Source: Podarcis tiliguerta | Taxonomy: Eukaryota | Assembly: GCA_965153285.1 (NCBI GenBank) | Contig: OZ229111.1 | Length of the DNA stretch: 64,000 nt | Direction: 5' to 3' (one strand) | Shown here: positions 1 through 11,495 of the stretch, piece after piece | Layout: every line of letters begins with the position of its first letter | How positions within the stretch are numbered: the first letter of the stretch is position 1 | Notes under the pieces: generated by a model | Told to the model about the DNA's origin: nothing | Databases searched by the model: none | What the model saw: the letters and a program-made list of their open reading frames with translations, nothing else | Made by a program: the position numbers and the translations under genes

Positions 1-280
1 GGGCATGCATGCAGAAAGCACTATTTCCCCCTTTATATATTGTGGCAATGGTCTGATCCTTGCCAGAGCATTATTTTATCACTTCCATATTCATCCATTC
101 ATTAAGAAGCAAGTTACATATACGGACATGTTTGCACATGGGAATCTATGCCGAAATGCAAAATGCGGCAAGACCAAGCTGTGTCCCTTTCTACCACCAC
201 TGGTCTAGCTTATTTTTGTTCTGTGTATTTAATAATGCACCAGAACTCCCCAGCTTAAAGCAACTGGGGGCAATACTTAC

Positions 281-330
281 TATTGTGAGATCTCGACGAG
301 GAGGGGGTCTCTGTCTCATCTTTGGTGACT
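281..330 (-). CDS. SH3PXD2B: SH3PXD2B coding exon 11, proline-rich RPPPRR motif
   Basis: 50 nt; (K)SPKMRQRPPPRRDLTI; CAG acceptor, GTAAGT donor; phase 1 to 0. The gene continues beyond the left edge. Confidence 0.95.
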
Positions 331-818
331 CTGCCAAGAAAATATTTCATTGTGATTGAAGGATATGAAAACATGCTTCAAAAAGTGATACTTAAGAAGA
401 ACTAACAAGACCCCACCAGTCCAGTCTGAGGAAAAAAAGAGCAAGAGGGAAAGAGAGACTGAGTACGTATATTATAGAGACAGGGTGGGGGGGTGGGTAG
501 GTTCTTCACACACAAACCTACACTAAAATCCTGAACAGCATGCCCCCCTAGATGCATAATGTCCCATCAACTGCCACCAAGTTTGAGATATGCTTCATTG
601 GAGTAGCAGCAGAAGTAGAATGCAATACAAACATACACTAGAAAGGATTCCAAAATTTACTATCAGCTTTGCTGAACTGACCTAAATAACCCCAGTTCTT
701 CCAATTATAATTCTCAAGAAGCCACAAAACTCAAGAGCCATGAAGACCTTCCTGCACCACACCAGGCTAGCATGTCCTACAAAGAACCCAAAACTATTGT
801 TCATTCTTCCCAACTTAC

Positions 819-1045
819 TTCGCCTAAGGTCCACATTTGGCAATGGGCGACCATCAAACCTTCCATCTCTTTGGTTGTTCGGCCCATCCTTGTCTCGGCC
901 CGCCGAGTTCTGCTGCCGGGAGATTCCATCCAGGTCTAGTGCATAGGAGTGGGCGGAAGTGGCAGATCCCAGTTTTGGAGCAAGCATGTCACCACTCCCC
1001 TTTTTCAGGTATGATGCTGGGGCCCAGCCCTCCTGACCCTGATAC
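819..1045 (-). CDS. SH3PXD2B: SH3PXD2B coding exon 10, end of SH3#2 and linker
   Basis: 227 nt; [75 protein letters not shown]; CAG acceptor, GTAAGT donor; phase 2 to 1. Confidence 0.96.
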
Positions 1046-1694
1046 CTGCAGCAATATGAATGGTCAAATTATTTAGACTTCTGTCTCGTTCTTATCACGG
1101 CTACAGCCAGCTTGATTCATAGCAGTTCTTGAGAGGCACAAAAAGGGTTCTGAATCAACATTCTGAGAAATCAGACTGATCAATCCAGAGCCCCCTCCCC
1201 CCATTTCATTCTTCTGTTATCTGAGAGATACACTCTTGAATATCTTTCAAGACCCCATACCTTCACAATTATGAATGTTTGCTTAATGTTGATTAAGCAA
1301 ATTTATCTCCCATCTTTCCATACAGATGCCCAAGGTGGCTGTACCTCATTGGGGGAAAAGGCTATATACTGGCAGTATGCTATGCTGTAATAACCAGTCT
1401 CCAGATGTGGAATGGATTATGGCATACAGGGACAGCAAGACTAATCTGGAACACAGGAGTCTCCAACCCATTATGGGTGCATCATGGGCACAGAGAAAGA
1501 TCCTCTGATCATTTGTTACCTGAAATGCACTGGACTACTCTAATGTAGTGAGTCCAGGATCCTTTCTGCTTATTTTGAAGCAGCATGACAAATGTCACAG
1601 AGTCTAGTGGGCCTGCCTAAGGGCCACATTGCATATTGCCAAATCGACAGGTACATATTTGTAAACCATACGTATCAGCTGTGTCCCTCAAATG

Positions 1695-1818
1695 CAAGGA
1701 TAAGGGAACATGTGGCCCTCCAGATGTTGCTAGCCTACAATTCCCATAATCCTTGACCACTGGCCATGAGGCTGGTGGCAGATGGATGTTAAGAGCATCT
1801 GGAGGGGCTCCACCTCTG
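1695..1818. mobile_element. Degraded copy of the palindromic hAT MITE
   Basis: Core ggccctccagatgttg...ctacaattcccat...catctggaggg; ends approximate. Confidence 0.7.
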
Positions 1819-4150
1819 CTATATTGTGTAGAGGCAAACTGTGTACTCTCACCATGTAGACACCCGGGGGGTGGGTGGAACTTTTTCAGCCTACACCCCC
1901 TTCTGGGAAACCACAGGCAAAAGCAGTCAGAGCAGCAAATGAAAAATTTGCTGTTTGTACACTAGATTAGTTTTAATACATTCACATATCCCTCTCCATC
2001 CAGGCACATTCTAGCCAGGCAAAAAAACACTCAAGGGGAGTGCAAAGCAGGACTGGTGAGGGCTGTGTGACCTTGGAAAAATCCTGAGGGCCTAGAGGGC
2101 CTCATTTGGCCCCTGGACCTGAGCTTCCCCATCCCTAATGCATACACTGCATATACATAGAGATTTAGGGCCAATCACATTTCTCTGTGGCACATAAACA
2201 CAATGTGAAAAAAGAAGGTAAAACAGGAAACAACACTGGGGCATGTGGTAATAACAGGTGCATCTACTTTTCTGTCACATGCAAAGCAGTCTAACTCTTG
2301 GTGTTTCCAGTTCTCATACAAAGGTCGCCACTTTTCCAGTGTGCCGTTTGTCTTCTTTTCTTACATCAAAACCATTAAAAGAAGAGAAACCCAAAACAAA
2401 ACAATAGCCCTAAACCTTTACCGTGACTCAGAAACCACATCCACCAAGGACATCTGCCAGAGAGGAGGGACTGGTGCCAGCCACAGGAAAATGCCACCTT
2501 AGTGGCCAGAGGCAAAGATGCTAGGATCAGATGACGCCAGCTGCTGCGCCTTTAATAGACTCGAGATTCTTTGAAGCAAATTTCCTCAGTTTAAAATGTC
2601 AACACACATTCTTTTTTCCTGGTGTAGTGGTTGCCAATGCTGCAGGTTCATTGGAAGGTTACGGAAATCAAAGCCTGCTCTCTGCTTTACCTCGACACAC
2701 ACTTTGTCAGTGTCAGCCCAGTGTCAAGACTTACAACTATAATGTAGCCAGAAGAGACCTTTAGCTGACCAACCGAGGGTTAGATCATAGTCATCAAGGC
2801 ATTCTTTTTTGTGCTTAGTTTGCCCATTATTTCTGCCTGCATTCTGTTATGGCCCTGATCAATATGGCTGTAGTTGCCTTGTAAACAGAGTGTTGTATTT
2901 TTGCCCCATCTGATTAACACATACATTTTCAACCATTTTCTATTGTAAATGTGAACCATATTTTAGCTGTCCCATTACAAGGCTGGCGGATACAGCTGAT
3001 TCTCAAGTGGTGAACAAAGCTGTACTAAACACTTCAAAAATCTATAGCCAGAAAAAAATTCTATTAACGAAAAACCAAAACCAAACAGCAGCCTCTTTAG
3101 GCAACACAGATGCAAAAATCTGGTGGACTTGTTCAACAGCAAACAGAGTGGACAATTGAGAGAGATGCTTTGATTTAGGAGCAAGAAATATACCAGGCAA
3201 AAAGAACAGAACGATGGGAGACCTTCCCCCTTAATTTAAGGATGCTGGAGAATTTCACTCATCAGTCTGCAGTTTCATTATGTTGGAGTCAGAAGTGTAG
3301 AAATGGGTCTCTTACAAAAAGTAGGTACTAAAATAACACACATTTTTTTGCATCTAATGAACCAACCTGTGCACCATCCAGCACTTTCAGTTGCAGTCAT
3401 TGTGACAGTGCTGTGTGTGTTGGTTTGGTTTAAAGCAGAGACTGTGTGATAAACACATTTTACCACTAAAAGGAAGTAAGTGCCCTTAACTGCAAAGACA
3501 ACTGCAGCAGCATGCAGTTTAAGCCAATAAAGAAGCATGGTTCAGGGCATTCTCTACAACCTCTTTCCCTAACTCAACTGTTCGAGTACCTTTCCCCCCT
3601 ATGCATTACAGCATCTTTAAAGGGTTTTTTTTTAAATGGCCAAAGAACCCACCTCTTTGCACCCACCATTTTGTGATATGAAAATGTAGCTTCAGTGGCA
3701 CATCATGCCTTGCTACCTTTTGGATAGTTTCCTTCACATGTTTCCGAAACCCACAAATGTGTTGGCGGGACCACCTTATATACCAGAATGTGCCAATGAG
3801 ATTTTCAGGGCATCTCATCGTCCCGAGGCAATATGCCATCTGTTCATAATGCAAAAAGCAATTCCTTTCAACACTAAAGTATTGCCTCTGTGTGTCCACT
3901 CCTCTTCCAAAAAGAGCTTGTGTTATCTAATTTTTAACTCCTAGAAACAGAGCAGAATGCCACAAAATGCATTCCTCTACATCAGTCATTGCTGGAGCTT
4001 TGTGTGTCTTAACCTGATCTTTCCTTCTGTCCCTTACTGGATGGAAGCTACCCTCTCCTAAGGATGCCTTGCAAGAGACAGAGATAAACATCATTGGGTT
4101 TTAGTACACAAGACTTCAGTAATAAATAAATAAAAGTAGCTTGCCCCTTA

Positions 4151-4426
<276 letters not shown>

Positions 4427-5119
4427 TTACATGGAATGGGAAGGTTGGCAATCGGGTGCATCACACACCGGGGTCGAGAGCCTATCCACCTGACACAAGC
4501 TTCCAAAAATCTAGTCACATAACTTGTAATACCCTCTGGCAAGTCTAATACACCCTATCAGCCCCTGCCTGGTGCGTGACAACCTCTCTGTCTTTCCAGT
4601 TGAAGACAGGCAGCTGTAATAGGTGGTCAGTGGAAATGAGGTGGGCTGCGTATGCCAGGCTTGTCAGGGGTGGGGTGTTGCACAGGCCTGTTCTAAAAAG
4701 AATCTGCTTTTCCATTAGCCCTAAGTGTCCGATACCAAACACCTTAAGCATCAGTTCCAATGTTGTTTCAGCAGCTTCATCTGGGTGCACAAGTGTTCAT
4801 TTGAGTGCTCCACTCACATGAGCGCTGTAACACCAGAGACCCACAGATAGCTTCTCCTGCACAATTAAAGAGACCATGCTCCTCCCATGTTATAGCACTC
4901 AAGGAACCACACCACTCCAATAAGCAGCTATTTCACAGCTCTTGCAATAACTCCACTGGTTCCAAGATTGCATCCCATTCATTTCCTCTGTTTCTCCTCA
5001 CCTGGGGTCATGCTGCCACTGCAGAGCTCTCTTGTAAAAACTTACTTGACCTCTGTGCTTACTTGACCTCTGCCCCTGTTACCATGACAACCATTCCCTA
5101 TCTCTTATATCACAGATAG

Positions 5120-5255
5120 CCAAGGTGGTAGCTTCCAAATGTTGTCGGACTACAGCAACTCTCATAATCCCTGACCATTGGTCATGCTGGCTAAGTCTGA
5201 CAGGAGTTGGGAGGCCAAGCACATCTGAAAGGCTACAGGTTAGCTGCCACTGCCT
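5120..5255. mobile_element. Degraded copy of the palindromic hAT MITE
   Basis: ccaaatgttgtcggactaca...atccctgaccattgg...catctgaaaggctacagg; ends approximate. Confidence 0.65.
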
Positions 5256-6837
5256 TCCATCCTCCCTAGTACCAGACTGTGGGTAAAGTTATGGGGGAAT
5301 GTGCATTATGCCAACACCAGAGCCATAAGGCTTTTAACCAATTTCCAGTGACAATCCAGAGGAAAAGGAAGTAACCGCTAGCTAAGACTAGGTGGAACAA
5401 CTTGGTATCAGTAAAAACATAATCGCGACAACTCTACAGAAAGAGAAGCAAGAAATCCAAACACACACACACCACCTGCATTACCGACAAATAACAAACA
5501 ATGCTTTTGTGGCCTGCTTTCCCTATGCACAGCTGCCAAAGTGATGCCAGCTAGTCTGCCTCAGCAAGACTGCCATTGGCATTCAATACTCATCTGCAGC
5601 CTATACTGTGTCCCCATTTCTAGAAATGCCTCGTGCAGAGCCAGGAATCAGTTTCACAGCTAGTTTAATGATATCTCTGGCAGGAAGAGCTGAAACAACA
5701 TGCACAGTCCTTTCCACTTACAGAACTGCAGTACATGAGCTCATCCACACTTCAGTTTGAGTTGCCACATTCTCCAGGAAAAGCCGCTCTTTACTGCTGA
5801 TTCGGAGCAGGTTTTTCATGGACTGACATTTCCTCCGATTCAGTTGCAAAGTGCAAGTTTTCCCAGGGAAGTGGTGGGGCAAGCAGAAAACCACTCAGAC
5901 CCATGCTTTCTGGGATGGGACAAGCAAAGTGCGGACAAGCACTTGGTTAGACTAACATAACCTTGAACTGCCAACTTCACGATGAGGTACTTCAGTGGAT
6001 GTATGTGTCCACTTGAAATGTCTAGCCATAAATGTGTTCAAGTGCCTGAGCACACAACCAACATGCTCCACACTGTACTTCCTGACAAATCAAAAGCACA
6101 TCAGCAGAGCATCAAACAGATGTCATGGCATCAGGATGCAACAGGAATTATAAGGAACACAGCCAAGGCATGAAAACTCTGAGATGTGGTCGATTCCATC
6201 AAGCAGGTCTGTGCCAGTCTTTGTTTTCCTTTTAGATTTCAGATAAGCTAGAAACACAGTGCAAGAAGGAAATATCTGAGTCAACTAAGGGCAACCAGAC
6301 AAGACATTAAATGTAGCTTCATATTTAACATGCTAGTGTGTTCTTATTAATTGCATCAGCCGGACATATGTGTGTGTGTGTGATAATTTATAGGCTCACA
6401 GCAGTTATGGAGGGAGAATTTAAACTTTGCACACACATATCCTTGTAGTCTTGAGGAAATTCCTCTTTTGAAAGGTGGTATTTGCTTTGGGAGAAAAATG
6501 TCTCCGAGAACAAATACTGGCTTCTGAGATTTTCCTTAAGACTATAACAGGGGAAACAAAGAGAAAAATTCTCTCACCATGCCAGCTGTGAGCCCAGTAA
6601 TTATCAGCCCACCCAATGCAATTTGCATTTTTTAGCACTTGCAAGTTGAATGTAAAGGAGCATTTAACATCCTCTCTAGTCTGGCACAGAAGAGTAGAAC
6701 TCCTAAATCATGAGGCATTGACACAGTAAGTACCAGAAGCAGGAGGAAGAGGGGTGGGTGGGGGTTTAACATATATGACTAGCAATGCACACAAGGAAAT
6801 ACAAAGGGTGGATTCCCAGTGAATAAGTAATATATTA

Positions 6838-6880
6838 CATGCAACAACGCATGCAAACACCACAATGGGCAGCACATGCA
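6838..6880 (-). promoter_or_regulatory. Cluster of three TGCATG (RBFOX-type) intronic splicing motifs downstream of the 84-nt cassette exon
   Basis: Plus-strand catgca at 6838-6843, 6850-6855 and 6875-6880 = UGCAUG in the pre-mRNA, 70-112 nt after the donor. Confidence 0.7.
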
Positions 6881-6949
6881 GAAACGGGAAGTAGACAAAT
6901 GTCCAAAGCACAAATGGAGGTCAATAAAAGCAATCTCCACAGCATCCAC

Positions 6950-7033
6950 CTTGACCCCATCCACTGGTGTACAAGTCCCCAAGTGTCCGACGGCGGCCCA
7001 CGTGCCTGGGAAGAGACCAGTATCTCCATGGGA
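6950..7033 (-). CDS. SH3PXD2B: SH3PXD2B alternative (cassette) exon between exons 8 and 9, 84 nt, in-frame
   Basis: Long pyrimidine tract + CAG acceptor; 84 nt, phase 1 to 1, open: (V)PWRYWSLPRHVGRRRTLGDLYTSGWGQ(E); weak donor CAAG|GTGGAT. Same size and position as the alternative linker exon I recall in paralog SH3PXD2A (..RRWTLG..). Confidence 0.85.
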
Positions 7034-7892
7034 CTGGGAGGAGCATGTTGGGGAAGCAGGAGAGGGACAAAACAGGGTGTAAGGAGGCAGCTCTTCACTC
7101 CTTGGAAGTATCAGCCTTGTTTAATAGAGCAGACAATTCCACAAGCAGACAATGCACCTTGCTTTGCTTAACAAAGGCGGCATATTAAAAATGAGAAGTA
7201 TCTGCACCTTCTAAAAAAGGAAGGAACGAAGAAATCACAACAAACTCAAGAAGTTCCTCAAAAAGAGTTGTGCACTTTTGACACTTTTGACCCGTTTTGC
7301 TGGCGTCTGTCTCTGCATTTCTCATTCCATCACAAGAAGCCACCATGGGGAGGACCTAGCAAATGTCACAGGAGCACCTGCTGTTGCAGCATTGTTGAAA
7401 AGAAGTGCATGTGAACTTGAGCAGTAAGGGGAAGAGAAACCACCGTGGGGTCCATGTAAACCACTTGGGACTTTCCAGTGTGGACAGCCATAGCAAATAT
7501 TACTCAGGTGCAATACAATAGAATAACAGCAGCTGTCATTTTTTTAAAAAATTACTCAACAAAGCACCCATTTAGGGGTCTTAATTCAGAATGTGTGCTC
7601 TCCATATCAAAGGCTGGTGTGGCTTGTGGCTCAAAGATGGAGGAAAAGTTGGATACTGAAGGCTGGGAAAGGCTCAAGCAAGCTCATTAGCACCACCTTC
7701 TCTGTCAGTGATATCCAGTTCAGCCTTCATGAGAGCTTGCTAAAGATGAGAGATACTAGGACTTTTTAAAACGCAAACCAAACTGGAGTTTTAGCTCCCT
7801 GGACAACAGCCTGAAAAATTTAGCTGGACTAGAGCAGTTCAAATAATAAACCCAGGAATTATTGGGGAGCTTCTCTTAAGCCATTTTCTCAC

Positions 7893-7997
7893 CTTCTTCA
7901 GGTTGCATTGAAAATTCATCCTGGGCTCCATCCTGAACTTCTAAGCATGTAGCTGGGACCCATCCTTGTTCATCTGATGTGCTCACAAACCACCAGC
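7893..7997 (-). CDS. SH3PXD2B: SH3PXD2B coding exon 8, C-terminal half of SH3#1
   Basis: 105 nt; (G)[34 protein letters not shown]; TCTTTCCCTTTAG acceptor, GTGAGA donor; phase 1 to 1. Not in the ORF track. Confidence 0.97.
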
Positions 7998-8610
7998 CTA
8001 AAGGGAAAGAAAAATAGCATTAGCTGAAAAGCCACATTAAGTTCTCACTTTGGAACTGAACCCATTCCATCCATTCCAGCTGTGGAGAAACAGCTGGGTG
8101 GGACAAGAGAAGGAGAATACCTTCTCAGTGGCTGGACCAAGATAATGTATTACCTTAAACTGTGAAGTGCAATTGCCTCCCTCCTACATGGCTTTACACC
8201 AGTTACTGAATATCTTTTTATTCTGTCAACGTTCTATTTCACGAAGCAATGATTTTTTTTAAAAAAAGAACTTACTATTTTGGAAATGTTTTGATAAAAT
8301 TGTACTTCATCTGTTGTAAGGTCCTGGAATTCTGTGTTTACACTAAAATACATGTTCTAACCCACAAATAAATAAAACCAACCTCCAAGGAATTGGCTCG
8401 TCTTTTATTTTAGGCTATGGGAGAAAATGTTCTCAGAGTTATCACATCTCAGCTGCTCTCACACTACAGACACTTAATTTTTAGGTCAGACAGTGTTTGA
8501 ATTTTTTTTATTAAAATGATCACATATTTTAAAAGGCCATTGACATAATCATAGCTATACCCTATACTGCTTCCCAATCGCAAACGTTACATCAAATTGT
8601 CAGGATGTCA

Positions 8611-8650
8611 ATCACTTGGTCTATATAAAAATCACTTGGTCTATATAAAA
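8611..8650. repeat. Perfect 20-bp tandem duplication atcacttggtctatataaaa x2
   Basis: Read directly. Confidence 0.95.
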
Positions 8651-10087
8651 AGAGCTCAGTTCTTCTGGAAAGTCTCCAATAAGCTTATAAAGTTTTATGT
8701 CACCTGCTAGAAAGTAGATCAGCACTGGAAGAGCCTTCAGAAAGGGGAGAAGGGATATTCTTTAGCCTGCCAGGAGCAGGGGAGATTGGCATTATTTTGC
8801 CTCCTCCACAATATTGTCTTCAGGTAGTAGTTTTTGTCATATGAAAATGGAAGCCATTTGTTTTCAGGGGTGAAGAGACACCAGCTAAACCTGCTGCTGA
8901 TTCTGGAGTGTAAAACAGTCAACAACCCTCTCAACTAGGTCCTAGATGGCAGCCCATAATGTTCCACAGAACCCAATGGAAGCTGCAGAGAAACAAGCAA
9001 GTCTGTGTTTGCACAGCTCTGCCTTAAGAGTTTCTTAGTCACACTAAGCATAACACAATGTTTGGAGAGAATGACAGAACGTTGGGAGCTGACTTTTACA
9101 CATAGATAATTTTATTTCTTTATCATTCTCTTTATGTTGTTGAGCTCGGACAATAAACCCAGCTTAATTAATGCAGTAATTCAATTTATTGTGCACTTGT
9201 CTTTTTATGTGAATTCAGAATTCATTAAAAAAAACTATTCTGAACGGTAACACAAGGTATTCAGGGAATAACTATGAAATGATTTGACCTCTATATGACA
9301 TCGAAGCAAATCAAGATGGTAATTTATAGAAAGCTATTCAATAAGAGAATAATGTGAAGTTTAAAGTTATCCATAAAAATTCAGCACAGTGTGCTTTGAA
9401 ACAGCAACAACGTTGGTGTCACTGCTTCACAATGGATGGCTAGTAGATAGAAATTGAGCAGCAAGTAATTTGCTTCATTGTGCTGAAAAAAAACAAATCG
9501 CCTACTAGTATAATCCTGTAGTGGAAGTTTCTCTGTTGTCAAAATGCAAGTCCAAAGCTATATTTCAAGGCGACTTCTTATTTTACTTAAATAAGGAAGG
9601 CAAAAGTATTGTATATATTATTTCCTTGGGTGGGGAAAGAAAGAGATTAATTTAATTCTAAGTGTAGTTCCTTCTACAATGGGTCAAGTTACTAAATAAA
9701 CTAAGATAATTGTAAGAAGGTGAGCACATTACTTTCCCATAAAAAAAGCTGGACTGGCAACTAAGAATGGCATGGTCCTTTTATTAATGTAATATGGTGA
9801 CTCTGAAATGGGAGTTTTGTGCCTGTGTAGCTTGTTGCCAAGGACAATACCACCTAAAGCATATAGCTGAGTGATTTGTGTATCAGAGGCTGCAATAGAA
9901 GCCCTTAAACCTTGGCATTTATTGCATGTAGATGTTAGTCATCACAAGCTGATACTTGTATGACCCTCCTATATAGATAGATGCCAGCCTGCTTAAATGT
10001 CCCATCCACCTCCACAAAACAGGCACTGGGCTTCAGATCTCATTTGAAACCTACAAGGAGCAGGAGATCCTGTTTACAAGCTCTATT

Positions 10088-10652
10088 CATAGAATCATAG
10101 AATTGTAGATTTGGGACCCCAAGGGTCATCTAGTCCAAGCCCTTGCAAGGCAGGAATCTCAGCTAGATTGTATATGACAGGTAAAGGTAAAAGGAAGGAT
10201 GCGGGTGGTGCTGTGGTCTAAACCACTGAGCCTCTTGGGCTTGCTGATTGGAAGGTCGGCAGTTCAAAAATGCACGACGGGGTGAGCTCCCATTGCTCTG
10301 TTCCAGCTTCTGCCAACTTAGCAGTTTGAAAGCACACCAGTGCAAGTAGATAAATAGGTACCACTGCAGCGGGAAGGTAAACAGCGTTTCCATGCACTCT
10401 GGCTTCCGTCACGGTGTCCTGTTGTGCCAGAAGTGGTTTAGTCATGCTGGCCATATGACCTGGAAAGCTGTCTGTGGACAAATGCTGGCTCCCTCGTCCT
10501 GAAAGCGGAGATGAGTGCCATACCCCATAGTCGAATTCAACTGGACTTAACCGCCTAGGGGTCATTTACATTTTTAGCTTTACATGACAGATGGCCATCC
10601 AACCTCTGCTTAAAAACCTCCAATGAAGGAGAGTCCTCCACCTCCCAAGGAG
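10088..10652 (-). mobile_element. CR1 LINE 3'-end fragment, split by the Sauria SINE
   Basis: (catagaat)n reverse tail, gggtcatctagtccaa..., resumes after the SINE with atggccatccaacctctgcttaaaaacctcc. Confidence 0.8.
10197..10580 (+). mobile_element. Sauria SINE, full length, older subfamily, nested in a CR1 3' fragment
   Basis: tRNA-like head GGATGCGGGTGGTGCTGTGGTCTAAACC..., core GTGCAAGTAGATAAATAGGTACC, degenerate (ACCTTT)n tail; flanking repeat tatatgacag (10171-10180) / tacatgacag (10581-10590). Confidence 0.92.
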
Positions 10653-10807
10653 TCAGTGAACCAGCTACAAATCCACCTAACAATTATCTTGTCCAGTACA
10701 CATTTTACTAGTTTCTCTGCAAGAATATAAAGGGGGGCTTTGTCAAAAGCCTTACTGAAATCTCAAGGCATGTATCTAATTTAAAGCTTCCATTGAGCTC
10801 TCCTTAC

Positions 10808-10942
10808 CAGATTCGTTCTTCTCAATTATGTCCACCACTTGGCCAGCACACAAGCTAATCTCAGAGCTTTCTTGCTTCTGGTAATCTGCCACCACCACAT
10901 ACTGCTCCAGGACCATGTGATCCGCAGATGCCAAATCTCCAC
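10808..10942 (-). CDS. SH3PXD2B: SH3PXD2B coding exon 7, N-terminal half of SH3#1
   Basis: 135 nt; (G)[44 protein letters not shown](G); CAG acceptor, GTAAGG donor; phase 1 to 1. Confidence 0.97.
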
Positions 10943-11214
10943 CTGTGTCATAGGGAACAAGACAAACACTTGGTCTCCACATGTGCCACAGACTACAATG
11001 TGCTTTTCTTGTGATCATGGCAACATCTTAAGAGCCCAATGTGAGCTTTAGGAGGCTAGGTGATGGACAGATGGAAACAGGTGACAATTGAGATTGGTGC
11101 AGATAGGTCCTTCTTGATACTTACTTGATACCATTGTTGCATGCTCTGAGCTATAGAAGCAATTACTTTACCAAAGATACCACCACCACCCACCCTATGA
11201 ATGTCTAATAAACT

Positions 11215-11495
11215 TAAAATGTGATGGCACCAGGCTTGCCCTCTGGGGAAAGCATTTCATAAACAGGGAGCCGCCCTGAGTCCTCAGAGGAGAGCATAGA
11301 GATGGGTATCAGATGCCCATGTTGATTCATATGAGGAGATAGGACCACTTTATAGACCAATACTTTATACTTTATAGACCAATACTTTATACTTTATAGA
11401 CCAATACTTTATACTTTATAGACCAATACTTTATACTTTATAGACCAAAACCAGCACTTTGAATTGGAAACGACTTGGTAGCCAGTGTAGTCACA
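11215..11495 (-). mobile_element. Decayed L2 LINE fragment carrying a tandem expansion
   Basis: ggggaaagcatttcataaacagggagcc and ccagcactttgaattgg...ggtagccagtgtag resemble reverse-strand L2 ORF2 3' sequence. Confidence 0.5.
11347..11448. repeat. Minisatellite, 22-bp unit actttatagaccaatactttat, about 4.6 perfect copies
   Basis: Read directly. Confidence 0.95.

Noticed and set aside
11347-11448. Regular direct repeats as a possible CRISPR array
   Set aside because: No unique spacers, eukaryotic context; plain minisatellite.
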